From Verrucomicrobia bacterium UBA1629 (GTDB taxonomy: Bacteria > Verrucomicrobiota > Kiritimatiellia > RFP12 > UBA1067): a stretch of 64,000 bases of DNA. The stretch's first letter is position 1. Each line of letters opens with the position of its first letter. The translations under genes and the position numbers were made by a program. Positions 47,801-54,907 of this stretch are shown piece after piece. The DNA lies in assembly GCA_002321305.1 (NCBI GenBank), contig DCMF01000098.1, positions 28,976 through 92,975 on the forward strand. Reading direction: 5' to 3'. The notes below the pieces were generated by a model. It was not told where the DNA came from. It did not search any database and worked only from the letters and a program-made list of their open reading frames with translations.

Positions 47801-50800
47801 GTCGAAGACGACGTTGGTCGTGGCGGGATCGACCGTGTAGTAGAAGTCGGACGGCAGATAGGTCAGCGGGCTGAACGGGTCATCGTAGCGCCAGCAGCGC
47901 ATTGTGCCCGTCAGGTACTCCTGCCAGTTCTCCAGGCCGTCGTTGTCATAGTCGCGGTTGACGTCGCCCGGCTTCGTGTAGGCGTCCTCGACCGTGCCGT
48001 CCATGCCGTCGACGTAGCCCTTGGTCTCGTCCGTCGTCCCGTCCTTCGCGTAGACCGTCTTGCCCGCGAACTGCTTCTCCCAGCCGTCGGGGAGACCGTC
48101 GCAGTCGGTATCGACCGAGTTCGGGTTGAGGCCGCCGCCGGGGATGACGCGGAGCGTACCGTGCGTCGCGTCGTCATACGTCGCCGTCGTGTAGGCGAAG
48201 GCGTTCCGCTCGTCGGCGTCCTTCACGCCGTCGCCGTCGGTGTCGGGACTCCACGGATCGGTCGGGAAGAACTTGTTGAGCCACTTCCAGCCATCGTCGC
48301 CGTGCTTGACGGTGTCCGAATACTTGGCGTAGTAGAGCATCGTGTCGGTGCCCTCGAACTCCTGGAACTCGTTGAGGCCGTCGCTCATCTCCTGGCCGCC
48401 GAGGTAGATCTGGTTGCTCGTGTCGTTCGACTTCGCGGACTCGATGAACGGCGAGAACCAGCTCTTCTCCATCGCCTCGGTCGCGTTCGCGGGCGTGAAG
48501 CCGGCATACGGCGGCGCGAAGACGTAGGCGCCGTCCTTCTTCTTCGGGCCGGCCATCACGTAGAGTTCCCAGCCGTCCGGCACGCCGTCGTCGTCCGTGT
48601 CGGCGCCGTTCGTCGAGCTGCGCCCGTAGTAATGTTCAGACGACGTCTTCTCCGCGTCGTTCGGGCCCTGCGGATTCGTCGTCAGCGCCCACCAGAAACG
48701 CGCGAGGCTCGGCGCGTCCTTGGCCATCACGGAGGTCTCGTAGCTCAGCGTCTCGCCATCGGGCGTGTTGTTGACGAAGAAGGCGCTCACGAGGAACTCG
48801 TCGTAGTTCGCGTAGGCGCGCGTCCGGGCCGGGACGCCCGTGTAGCCGCCGCGATCGACGACGTAGATGCCCTCCTCGGCCTCGCCGTTCGTGACCTTGC
48901 CCCAGCGCTTGTGCAGCGGGTTCGTCGGATTCCACGCCGTGCGCGGATCGAAGCCGAACTCCTGGTAGCAGAGGAAGTGGAGGAACGCGACATCGCGCTC
49001 GTCGCTCGGCAGCGCGGCGACCTCGGCGCCCGCCGCGACCGCGCGCTGACGCGCGAGCGCGAGGCAGCCGTACTCCGCCGCCGTCTCGGCGACTTCGCCA
49101 AGCTGCGTCCGCGCCGCGCCCTTGCCGTAGATCCAGCAGGCGTTGGCGTCCTTCGCGTCAATCGCCGTCGCGATCTTGTAGGACTTGACCTCCTCGGCGA
49201 GCGGCGTCACGACGACCCGCGTGCCGATCGGCAGCGTGTAGGGATAGCCGAGGGCCTTCTCCTCGGTGGCGCCGTCCGGCTTCCACGTCACGAGCGTCCG
49301 GACCTTCGTGTCGACCGCGAGGCGCGAGACGGAGCCTTCCGTCGCCACCGTCGGCTCGGTCTCGGCGAAGAACGTGGCGGTCGCGCCGTCCACGACGGCC
49401 GTGACCTGATAGCCGCCCGCAAACGTCGCGAGGACTTCCAGCTTCGACGTCGGGTCGGCCTTCACCGCGTACCACTGCACGCCGTCCGTGTCGCCGCTCG
49501 CGTCGATGACCGCAAACGTCCAGCGCTTGGCGTGCTCGTAGTTGACGGGCACGGGCAGCTCGGTCTGCTCCAGCTTGTAGGAGCTGATCGCCATCGCGTC
49601 GCCGTCCGTGTTGCGCTCGGTGTCGGAGAGGCCGTCGGCATAGCTCTGGGCCATAAGCGGGTCGAGCCCGGCGATCATGACCTCCCAGCCGTCCGGCAGC
49701 CCGTCGCCGTCGGTGTCGAAGTCAAACGGGTTCGTGCCCAGCTCGAACTCCAGCAGGTCGGGCAGCCCGTCGTTGTCGCTGTCGCGCGTCGCCGCGTCCG
49801 ACCCCGTGTATTTCACGCGCGGATCCATGATCTCGGCGATCGTCTCCGACGTGATGAGCGTGCCCAGCCCCGGATTCTTCTCGTCGTAGCGACGACCCGT
49901 CAGGTACTTGTGATTGCCGTACGCATCAATGTAGCCGACGTGCGCGAGATACCAGTAGTAGTACTCATAGCCATCGGAGAAGCCGTCCTTGTCGGTGTCC
50001 TCCTCCGTCGGATCTGTCGGGCGCTCCGGTGACCAGTCTGCCTCGGTCGCGCCCGGATGCGCCGCCTTGTACTCGCTCCACGCGAGCCATTCGACGCGGC
50101 TGAGCGTCGAGGTCGGGCAGGTCGCCGGGTCTTCGTAGATCCGAACCGACGTGACACCAAGCCCAAGCTGCTCCAGCGCGTCGTTCAGGCCCTTGCCGTA
50201 GCCACGGATTTCAAGGTCTGCCGTGAACGGAGACGACCAGTCATCCTTCAGGCCGGGGATCAGCGACCCGTAGATCGCGTTGTCGGCCGCCGGCAGATAG
50301 TCCTCGTCCTCGTTGTACGCAGACAGGTCTTCCAAGTCATCGCCAGAGATCTGAAGCGTCTGCGGGTCAATGACGCCAAAGCCGAACTTCTTCACGGCAA
50401 CGTCCGGGATGCCGTCCTGGTTGATGTCGCCCGCATTGTCCGTGGGGAGGTACTCGCGGGAGAAGACCGCTTCCCAGTACTGCATCGGGTAGGATGTCGT
50501 CGCGCCCGAACTGCTGTTGTTGCCCTGATTGGCGCTGTCCGGCAGGGAGAGAACCGTCTCGCCCTGGTCGGTGATGTTCAGCTTGAAGGTCTCCGTCTGC
50601 CCGCCGCTCGACTCGCCGCCCGAAGACGCCGCGTTGTTGCAGACCCAGGCATAGACGAAGCTGTCATAGCCGTGAAGCCCCCACCTGTTCTGCTTCGAGT
50701 AGTTGTAGAACTCATCGGGCGCGATCGTCGTGCCTTTCGACCAATTGCCGGCGCTGTCAATGCCCTTGCTCTGCGCCAGCGAGCCATTGTCGTATGACCC

Positions 50801-53800
50801 GTCCGCCTTGTAGCCGCGCGCATACGCCTTCACGGACTTCTCGGTCTCGCCGAAGGAATAGGTGTGAACGAACCGCTCGACCTTCTGCGGCCCGGCACTC
50901 CCGGCGAAGACCGCGCCCGCGCCAAGTCCCGGCGCATCGCTGTAGCGTTCCGAATGCCCGCCCGCAACGCCATTGGCCGGTCCGTGCGCGCGCAGTTCCA
51001 GCCGCTTCGAAGGCTTGACGAAATAGTACAGCGTTCGCCGCGCCGATTCCTGATCCTTGTCGGTAAAGACGATTTCGACCACATGCGCACCCTCGCCGTC
51101 GAACTCGACCGAATAGGTCTGCATCGTGGAGTCCGTAACCGTTTTCGTGGTCGCCAGAACGCCATCGACCGAGATCTCGACCTTGATGCCTTTCGCAAGG
51201 TCAGCCGCAACGTCCGAGCAGGCGTAGTTGATCGCATACGGCGTATTGGCGCTCGCGTTCATGTTCGTGTAGGCCGCCTCGGCATCAGACGGGCGGAGAA
51301 TCTCCGGCGCCGCATTCGAGATCCTGATGATCTGCGGTTCGGCCTTGGTGTAGAACGCACTCCACTTGACGCCGTCGGCATTGAGCGTTTCCGTCGTCAC
51401 GTGGGCGTTAAGATCCAGGCCGGCCAGCGTCTCGATCGTGCCGTCCATGTCGGAGACGATCAGGATCTTCTGCTGGACGTTCGCGCCGAAGGTCAGGTCA
51501 TACGCACCCGGAATCGCATTGCCGTCCGCATCCGTCGCCGCCGCGACCGAGCCTTCCTGGAGGCGCAGCTTGAGATAGCCGCCGTCCGCCGCCGACGTCT
51601 GGCTGACCGCGAAGCGCACCGTGATCGGGTCCGACGCCGGCTCCGTCAGGGAGACGGTGATCGTCGAGACGTTCTTGTCCTTCTCGACGAACATCGACGA
51701 GGACGGGGCGATCTCCACGCGCGGCGTATCCTTGATCTTCGCGGTGAAGCTGAAGTTCGGCACCAGCGGATACGCCAGCATGTCCTTGTCCTTCACGTAG
51801 ACCTGCACAAGCGCATTGTCCTTCTCGTTCGCGAACTTGTGCTTGACGGCGAACGTGGCCGACTCGTCGTGCGACACCTCGTAGGACATCCCGTCGATGA
51901 CCCACCGCACCTTCATCGCGTCAGCGCCCGTCGCGTTGAGGTCGGCGTCCACGTCGTCCACCACGACCGAGAACGTCTTCTCGACGCCCCGCGAGATCGC
52001 CTGCGTCAGAAGCTTGCCGTTCATGGTCGTGTCCAGGTACTGGCCGGCCGCCGTCACGGACGTCACCTGCGGCGGACGGTTCGTGACGGAGAAGGTGATC
52101 GTGCCGCAGCCAAACTCCGCAACCGGATGCGCCAGGTCGTTCGCCGAGCAGAGCACCGCCTTGAGCGTCAGGTCCTTGCCGCCGTCAAGGAAGGCGATTT
52201 CCTTCGGGGCTTCGACCGGCTTCGTTCCGCGCGCGATCGTTGCACCATGCGACGTGAGGTCAGACCGAATGAAGCCGAGCTGGCTCGCATCGTCCGCCGA
52301 GAGGAAGATGAAGCCATCGCCGGCGGTGTAAGCCTGCGTGAGGCCCAGCTTGACCCAAGTCGTCTCGCCTTCGCAGAAGACGATGCGCTCGTCCGTGCGG
52401 GCGATCGTCGTGTACTTGCCGTCGTTGACGACAAGCCAGTACTTCACGCTGGCCTTCGTGCCGTTCGGCGACGTCACCTGCAGCGTCAGTTCAGAGCCAT
52501 CGCGCACGGTGTAGAACTTCGCGCTCGCCTCAAAGCGCCCGTCCTCGTTCCGGGTGACGCCCGGGGCGTCATTGACGTCATCGCCGTCAACCTTCCACTT
52601 GAACGTGTAGCCCGTGTCCGTGTCGTTGAGGTTCTTGTACGTGTCCTCGATCTCGAGTCTGAAGTCGACGGTCGCGCCGGAACCCGTCTCGATCGTGCCC
52701 AGCGTCTCGCCCACGGTGAACTCGGGCGTCGCGCTGACGATCAGGGGCGGGTTCGTCTTGCTGATCTTCAGGATGCAGTTGGAATCGGGAACCTGCACGC
52801 TCGACGGCGCGGTGACCTTCTCCAGCGAGAACGTCACGCCCTTCGTGTGGGTCGTCGACGTCGCGCCAAGCAGGTAGAGGTTCAGCGGCAGCGTTGACGC
52901 GTTGGCCGGAATCGTCACTTCCGTCACCTTCTGGTCGATCGGATCGCCCGTGAACGTGCCCGCCGCGATGCGCAGGACATTCTGGTCGAAGATGTCCGCG
53001 AGCGTATTCAGCGTGCTGTCGCCGCTGACCGCCGCCTTGATGCGGACGGTGATCGGGTCCGGGCAGGTCGGCGTCACCGTCAGGATGAGCTGGCCGCCCG
53101 CCGTCTCATAGTCCGGCACGGCGACCTTCGTGTCCGTCACCTTGTCCTGCGCGTTGATGAAGATCCGCACCGTCGGCTCGCGCGGCGCACCGATGCGCAC
53201 CTTCCGGCTCACCGTCACGCCCACGAGATCGCCTGACGGACGGTAGACGGCGTTCGCGACCGGGCTCATGTAGATCTCGGCCTCGTCGCCTTCGGCCGCG
53301 CCCGCCACGCCCTTCATCGAGAAGGTGACGGAACTGGACCCCGCCGGAACCGGCACGCGCAGGAGGTGCCGGCCGTCCGTCGTCGTGATGACCGTGTTGT
53401 CGCCCGATGCCGCCAGCTCGACCTTCGACTCGTCGGACGACCAAAGGTAGACGACCGTCGCCGCCGTGTTCTCGCCGCCGACGACCATCAGGGACGGGAT
53501 CGTGTCGGGGCCGAGACCCTCGTAGACCTCGCGCCAGTAGCCCGTGAGCGACGGGTCGCCCGAATCGAAGTCGATCGTCTTCACGAACGCGCCCTCGGCC
53601 GCGAGGTCGAAGTTCCGCACCGGGCCCTCCGTCGTGGCATTGCCGTTCGGCCAGTTCACGCCCGAAGGAAGGGCATCCGCGCCATAGAAGAAGTTCGCGA
53701 CGTTGCCGTCGGGGTCGCACAGGACAAAGTGCTGGGAACCCGCCTGGCAGTTGAGCAGGTAGTAGGCGGCATCCGTGTCGCTGTCGTCCGCCGGGCCGGT

Positions 53801-54352
53801 GCCCGCCCCATTGAGAAGGCGGATCGGCAGGCTGAGGTCGCCGGCCTGGACCGTGTAGCAGAAGTAGAAGTCGGTGAAGTACCGGCAGTCCGTGTCGGCG
53901 TTGCCGAGATCATCCGTCACGAGCGTACCGCTCTGCTGCCACGGCTGGGGGCCGAAGTCGCTCAGCTCGGCGTAGGCCGGCGCACGGTCTTCGCCCATGT
54001 AGAGGCCGAGCTTCGGGCGGTTGAGCAGGCTGCCGCCCAATGCGCCGTCCCTGAACGTCCACGCCTTCGGCTCCGCGAGGCCGCGCCGCACGGCATCGTA
54101 GTTGCGCACGAGCATGCGGACGCGGATGTAGAGCTTGTCGCCCGCCGAGAGCGGATGATCCGCCGAGCAGAGGTAGGGGTTCCCGGCATTTCGCGTCGAG
54201 CCGAAGTACATGAGGTTGGCCGCATCGTCCATCGCGCGGATTTCGACGATGTCGCCAGAGGCCGCCTCGCTCGGCGTCGCCGCGAACGCCGCGAGCGCGA
54301 AGGTCAGGATTGAGAGTCGTTTGCTGATGTTCATGGTTGTCTTCCTCTTCAT
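41837..54352 (-). CDS. Giant secreted protein of about 4172 aa. It has a signal peptide, many thrombospondin type-3-like Ca-binding repeats (DxDxDGxPDxWE), a LamG/concanavalin-like domain, and Ig-like or beta-sandwich regions. Start at MKRKTTMNISKRL, or 18 nt downstream at MNISK.
   Basis: Repeats DTDGDGLPDGWE, DSDNDGLPDLLEFELGTNPFDFDTDGDGLPDGWE, DEDGDGLPDWWEKL and DHDNDGLPNYVEY. The LamG-like block reads RCNFRLGLKGGRWYTGFD...LTLYVDGKVAGYV. The first 38 codons of the track ORF overlap the upstream lipoprotein gene. Confidence 0.85.
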   Translation of the reverse strand: MKRKTTMNISKRLSILTFALAAFAATPSEAASGDIVEIRAMDDAANLMYFGSTRNAGNPYLCSADHPLSAGDKLYIRVRMLVRNYDAVRRGLAEPKAWTFRDGALGGSLLNRPKLGLYMGEDRAPAYAELSDFGPQPWQQSGTLVTDDLGNADTDCRYFTDFYFCYTVQAGDLSLPIRLLNGAGTGPADDSDTDAAYYLLNCQAGSQHFVLCDPDGNVANFFYGADALPSGVNWPNGNATTEGPVRNFDLAAEGAFVKTIDFDSGDPSLTGYWREVYEGLGPDTIPSLMVVGGENTAATVVYLWSSDESKVELAASGDNTVITTTDGRHLLRVPVPAGSSSVTFSMKGVAGAAEGDEAEIYMSPVANAVYRPSGDLVGVTVSRKVRIGAPREPTVRIFINAQDKVTDTKVAVPDYETAGGQLILTVTPTCPDPITVRIKAAVSGDSTLNTLADIFDQNVLRIAAGTFTGDPIDQKVTEVTIPANASTLPLNLYLLGATSTTHTKGVTFSLEKVTAPSSVQVPDSNCILKISKTNPPLIVSATPEFTVGETLGTIETGSGATVDFRLEIEDTYKNLNDTDTGYTFKWKVDGDDVNDAPGVTRNEDGRFEASAKFYTVRDGSELTLQVTSPNGTKASVKYWLVVNDGKYTTIARTDERIVFCEGETTWVKLGLTQAYTAGDGFIFLSADDASQLGFIRSDLTSHGATIARGTKPVEAPKEIAFLDGGKDLTLKAVLCSANDLAHPVAEFGCGTITFSVTNRPPQVTSVTAAGQYLDTTMNGKLLTQAISRGVEKTFSVVVDDVDADLNATGADAMKVRWVIDGMSYEVSHDESATFAVKHKFANEKDNALVQVYVKDKDMLAYPLVPNFSFTAKIKDTPRVEIAPSSSMFVEKDKNVSTITVSLTEPASDPITVRFAVSQTSAADGGYLKLRLQEGSVAAATDADGNAIPGAYDLTFGANVQQKILIVSDMDGTIETLAGLDLNAHVTTETLNADGVKWSAFYTKAEPQIIRISNAAPEILRPSDAEAAYTNMNASANTPYAINYACSDVAADLAKGIKVEISVDGVLATTKTVTDSTMQTYSVEFDGEGAHVVEIVFTDKDQESARRTLYYFVKPSKRLELRAHGPANGVAGGHSERYSDAPGLGAGAVFAGSAGPQKVERFVHTYSFGETEKSVKAYARGYKADGSYDNGSLAQSKGIDSAGNWSKGTTIAPDEFYNYSKQNRWGLHGYDSFVYAWVCNNAASSGGESSGGQTETFKLNITDQGETVLSLPDSANQGNNSSSGATTSYPMQYWEAVFSREYLPTDNAGDINQDGIPDVAVKKFGFGVIDPQTLQISGDDLEDLSAYNEDEDYLPAADNAIYGSLIPGLKDDWSSPFTADLEIRGYGKGLNDALEQLGLGVTSVRIYEDPATCPTSTLSRVEWLAWSEYKAAHPGATEADWSPERPTDPTEEDTDKDGFSDGYEYYYWYLAHVGYIDAYGNHKYLTGRRYDEKNPGLGTLITSETIAEIMDPRVKYTGSDAATRDSDNDGLPDLLEFELGTNPFDFDTDGDGLPDGWEVMIAGLDPLMAQSYADGLSDTERNTDGDAMAISSYKLEQTELPVPVNYEHAKRWTFAVIDASGDTDGVQWYAVKADPTSKLEVLATFAGGYQVTAVVDGATATFFAETEPTVATEGSVSRLAVDTKVRTLVTWKPDGATEEKALGYPYTLPIGTRVVVTPLAEEVKSYKIATAIDAKDANACWIYGKGAARTQLGEVAETAAEYGCLALARQRAVAAGAEVAALPSDERDVAFLHFLCYQEFGFDPRTAWNPTNPLHKRWGKVTNGEAEEGIYVVDRGGYTGVPARTRAYANYDEFLVSAFFVNNTPDGETLSYETSVMAKDAPSLARFWWALTTNPQGPNDAEKTSSEHYYGRSSTNGADTDDDGVPDGWELYVMAGPKKKDGAYVFAPPYAGFTPANATEAMEKSWFSPFIESAKSNDTSNQIYLGGQEMSDGLNEFQEFEGTDTMLYYAKYSDTVKHGDDGWKWLNKFFPTDPWSPDTDGDGVKDADERNAFAYTTATYDDATHGTLRVIPGGGLNPNSVDTDCDGLPDGWEKQFAGKTVYAKDGTTDETKGYVDGMDGTVEDAYTKPGDVNRDYDNDGLENWQEYLTGTMRCWRYDDPFSPLTYLPSDFYYTVDPATTNVVFDAGAAARKFHAAGLLGSDDVNEFWYKTLVDASSAIYNPHLVMDMGSGAQYFSRVTNVWDAAYLDFTLGKKKTTGAYYWFYDRANEHKFKDTWGAAWEAVLGAKPSDINYVPTKYASCSPIDPDTDHDGMDDYYEVFHGMNPLLGRSGQLKDSGGFDVIYDALYSNTKLTPEAWGETASTLNYWQRKVSLPSWTGKQPRGNGYDFEVFPWLNGLATADPDGDGIRNQEEAIMPLVNPTAIWHHTDPTPLWMTDSTYSNSLVRMNYRMPYRAEAIMLSGDGFTFGGQTYRFADFDGYASADMAGGAFIGYNPDAWKVVGVNNAYGWVASFEQNEGFDSDHDGLNDQDEVAGKYRGKTDPIDADSPRRRQAMYFQGPTRPSILQTMPFTREYHPLASRGGRYPDDMEFVQYTVECWVKAESLDDATVIERAVRVEMSSPDDREYVRCNFRLGLKGGRWYTGFDPNDTTRNTVEAFSDLPATTAWTHLAATYDADTLTLYVDGKVAGYVKSGLQPTYGMIDAATSDPGGAYLGGRIYSHHAIVIGASVKTTADGRKGLALDVTRGLGWDAYKSFFTGFVDEVRIWDGARTADEIAAAKMTRFTSEDAKANREAFFAEWSKGGVSDIYRGRYAKDGSGNPYPLPAELRFHWAFDSLFGAANEGAVATAPAGFDYEGVNAAGDGGRALRSRPEGYGIAWWQDVLAGYTDTVYNHPAWICWVPNTVAHLPRYDGTTLDSRYWSEDYKGDMAGSYKFARTAEPVSLWTQYLRGDVKYTDAEYFAASSRRHFAATYDAAVSNNSNFVTLFEFTGRHLNQMGDDLLALGGAYAKHTDDLWDSQGSSSNWEVAGADEDGDGLPDWWEKLANDLYRDNAVTGTGDIGWETLVRWPDQTNGTYMKAYEAYLRDLARGYHGDENDDPVTDDASVEKFRQRYDVNGNGLPDWWEELYGLQNESGLDDHDNDGLPNYVEYLLSEVFSKLGKRFDPTRADSVNPGVPDYFFQVGDLYVGEIFTDHDLVDDAWEDLYSDGYASRSVYDPYADADGDGWSNRSEARYAKQGMPIVADEQSHYAAADGLVADYPIPAVALAVNYAGPRKDAVEKASLVVQTYTSTNMNRGADAVYNIGKVSKTSSTGTGTSSSGSGSSQTADGTAYTRTIGKWSNRHAIGTLTPGYINKNSLQLEFCYDPSSETYSWSVTHYRVATGKVWYEDKRGTRAEYDADRRKYGDNNVELLSRGTEYSVLTDLEVRSDESSKTAKWLHTKSGRVLGTVDLTTGAFDLNLGVFKDQYVSNVTNDSDYISLEDQSFRIAYSANEAVGLPRKLYLGQADTGHVREGLNTIIAFADLDGDGAYTAGEPYGCVTGVDVSWKGTSAALMLTDTTPVFARVDPIKGLDDRTVLYGTESGNYTNFVSASQPSGGVYNRIRVVRHIIFGTQGEVFAEDVGAGGNRVILDMQVSDGVNPWITEANFLATGALDVDWETLYGDVISRIGSNGRIPSSTGASQYMLGDVLGVVYRIVIGNESVASLGESSNMSKVMPVRWFDTKRLLPEPIASGNGVVKLGQPTFQWRMPYNSNGYTAFKVMIKSADGAFSWTSDYLRMPAADADGVYTWAAPVFVGDRPAGATGVFENNKAYTWSISAANAKFKNDSFVTGGTFRMGVQTNGYDIGSIQTSVRYYGPAVVTNDANALIRVRAYTSPDFTGAPVSGGFVDKTVTDGGVNCRLLGLPKGDYYLQAFVDSNGNGVWDKWESMGYFCQRDGSTADYLNPVAVTVGGSVGASEAVTIYLEDADTDGDNLPDAWEYVMATAAQRANGTFLTAKGVDRLTLSGAGEVAIDNTLVRDMLYEINRANVPTAGLASGIQNAFLSSASFAALAMGVSPNLTVDPATGELCQNPTVEDGTLVISGMAFDAAAGAVELTVAGSVTQPEQVASGVYRVKLGSTVTVKVLHTATLAGEWQTVATEAVTVSGDSLKSGVIRVPMSDVQATGGFYKVEIEQ

Positions 54353-54783
54353 TTGGAAATGGGGTCCTTGGGGGTGATGCGCGCACGCACCGTGTTCAGC
54401 GTCGCCTTGCGGCTCGCCTCGACCTTGGCCGTCGCCTCTTCGCACTGACGGCAAAGCTCCTGCCACGCCGGCTCCTTCTCCAGCTCGGCCTTGACCTTCG
54501 CCAGGTCGTCCGTTCCGAGCGCGCGCTTCTTCGCGTCAATCATCGCCTTCATCTGCGAGACGATTTCGCTGCGGGCGCGCAGAAGCCCCTGCCGCGCCTT
54601 GCGGTCGGCCGAGAGCTTCTGGCGAAACGCCGGGTCGTTCATGTAGCTTTCGGGGGCGGACGGATCGACCGTCGCCGCCGCCTTTTCGGACTTGCCGCAC
54701 CCGGCGACAAGCAACAGGCACGCGCCCGCCGCGCACAGCGCGAAAGGCACGAGATTCGGACTCGTACTCGTCTTCAATGTCAT
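54349..54783 (-). CDS. Small lipoprotein with lipobox LLVAGCGK, translationally coupled (ATGA) to the giant gene. Start at MTLKTST.
   Basis: MTLKTSTSPNLVPFALCAAGACLLLVAGCGKSEK..., then a predicted coiled coil. 144 aa. Confidence 0.55.
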   Translation of the reverse strand: MTLKTSTSPNLVPFALCAAGACLLLVAGCGKSEKAAATVDPSAPESYMNDPAFRQKLSADRKARQGLLRARSEIVSQMKAMIDAKKRALGTDDLAKVKAELEKEPAWQELCRQCEEATAKVEASRKATLNTVRARITPKDPISK

Positions 54784-54907
54784 AATTCTAGCCCTGTGAG
54801 AAAACCTCTCCCACTCTTGCACTTGCGGATAATACCAAAAATCGCTGACAAAAGGCAAGGGTTATCGACTGCCGGCAGACAGGATGGCACAAGGTTGTCG
54901 ACTGTCT
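54784..54907 (-). promoter_or_regulatory. Promoter region for the lipoprotein-giant gene operon. It has a TTTTTGGTATTAT extended -10 and two direct repeats GGTT(A/G)TCGACTG(C/T)C spaced about 34 bp apart.
   Basis: Minus strand reads cgATTTTTGGTATTATccgcaagtgcaa. Upstream lie gacagtcgacaacc and ggcagtcgataacc. Confidence 0.4.
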
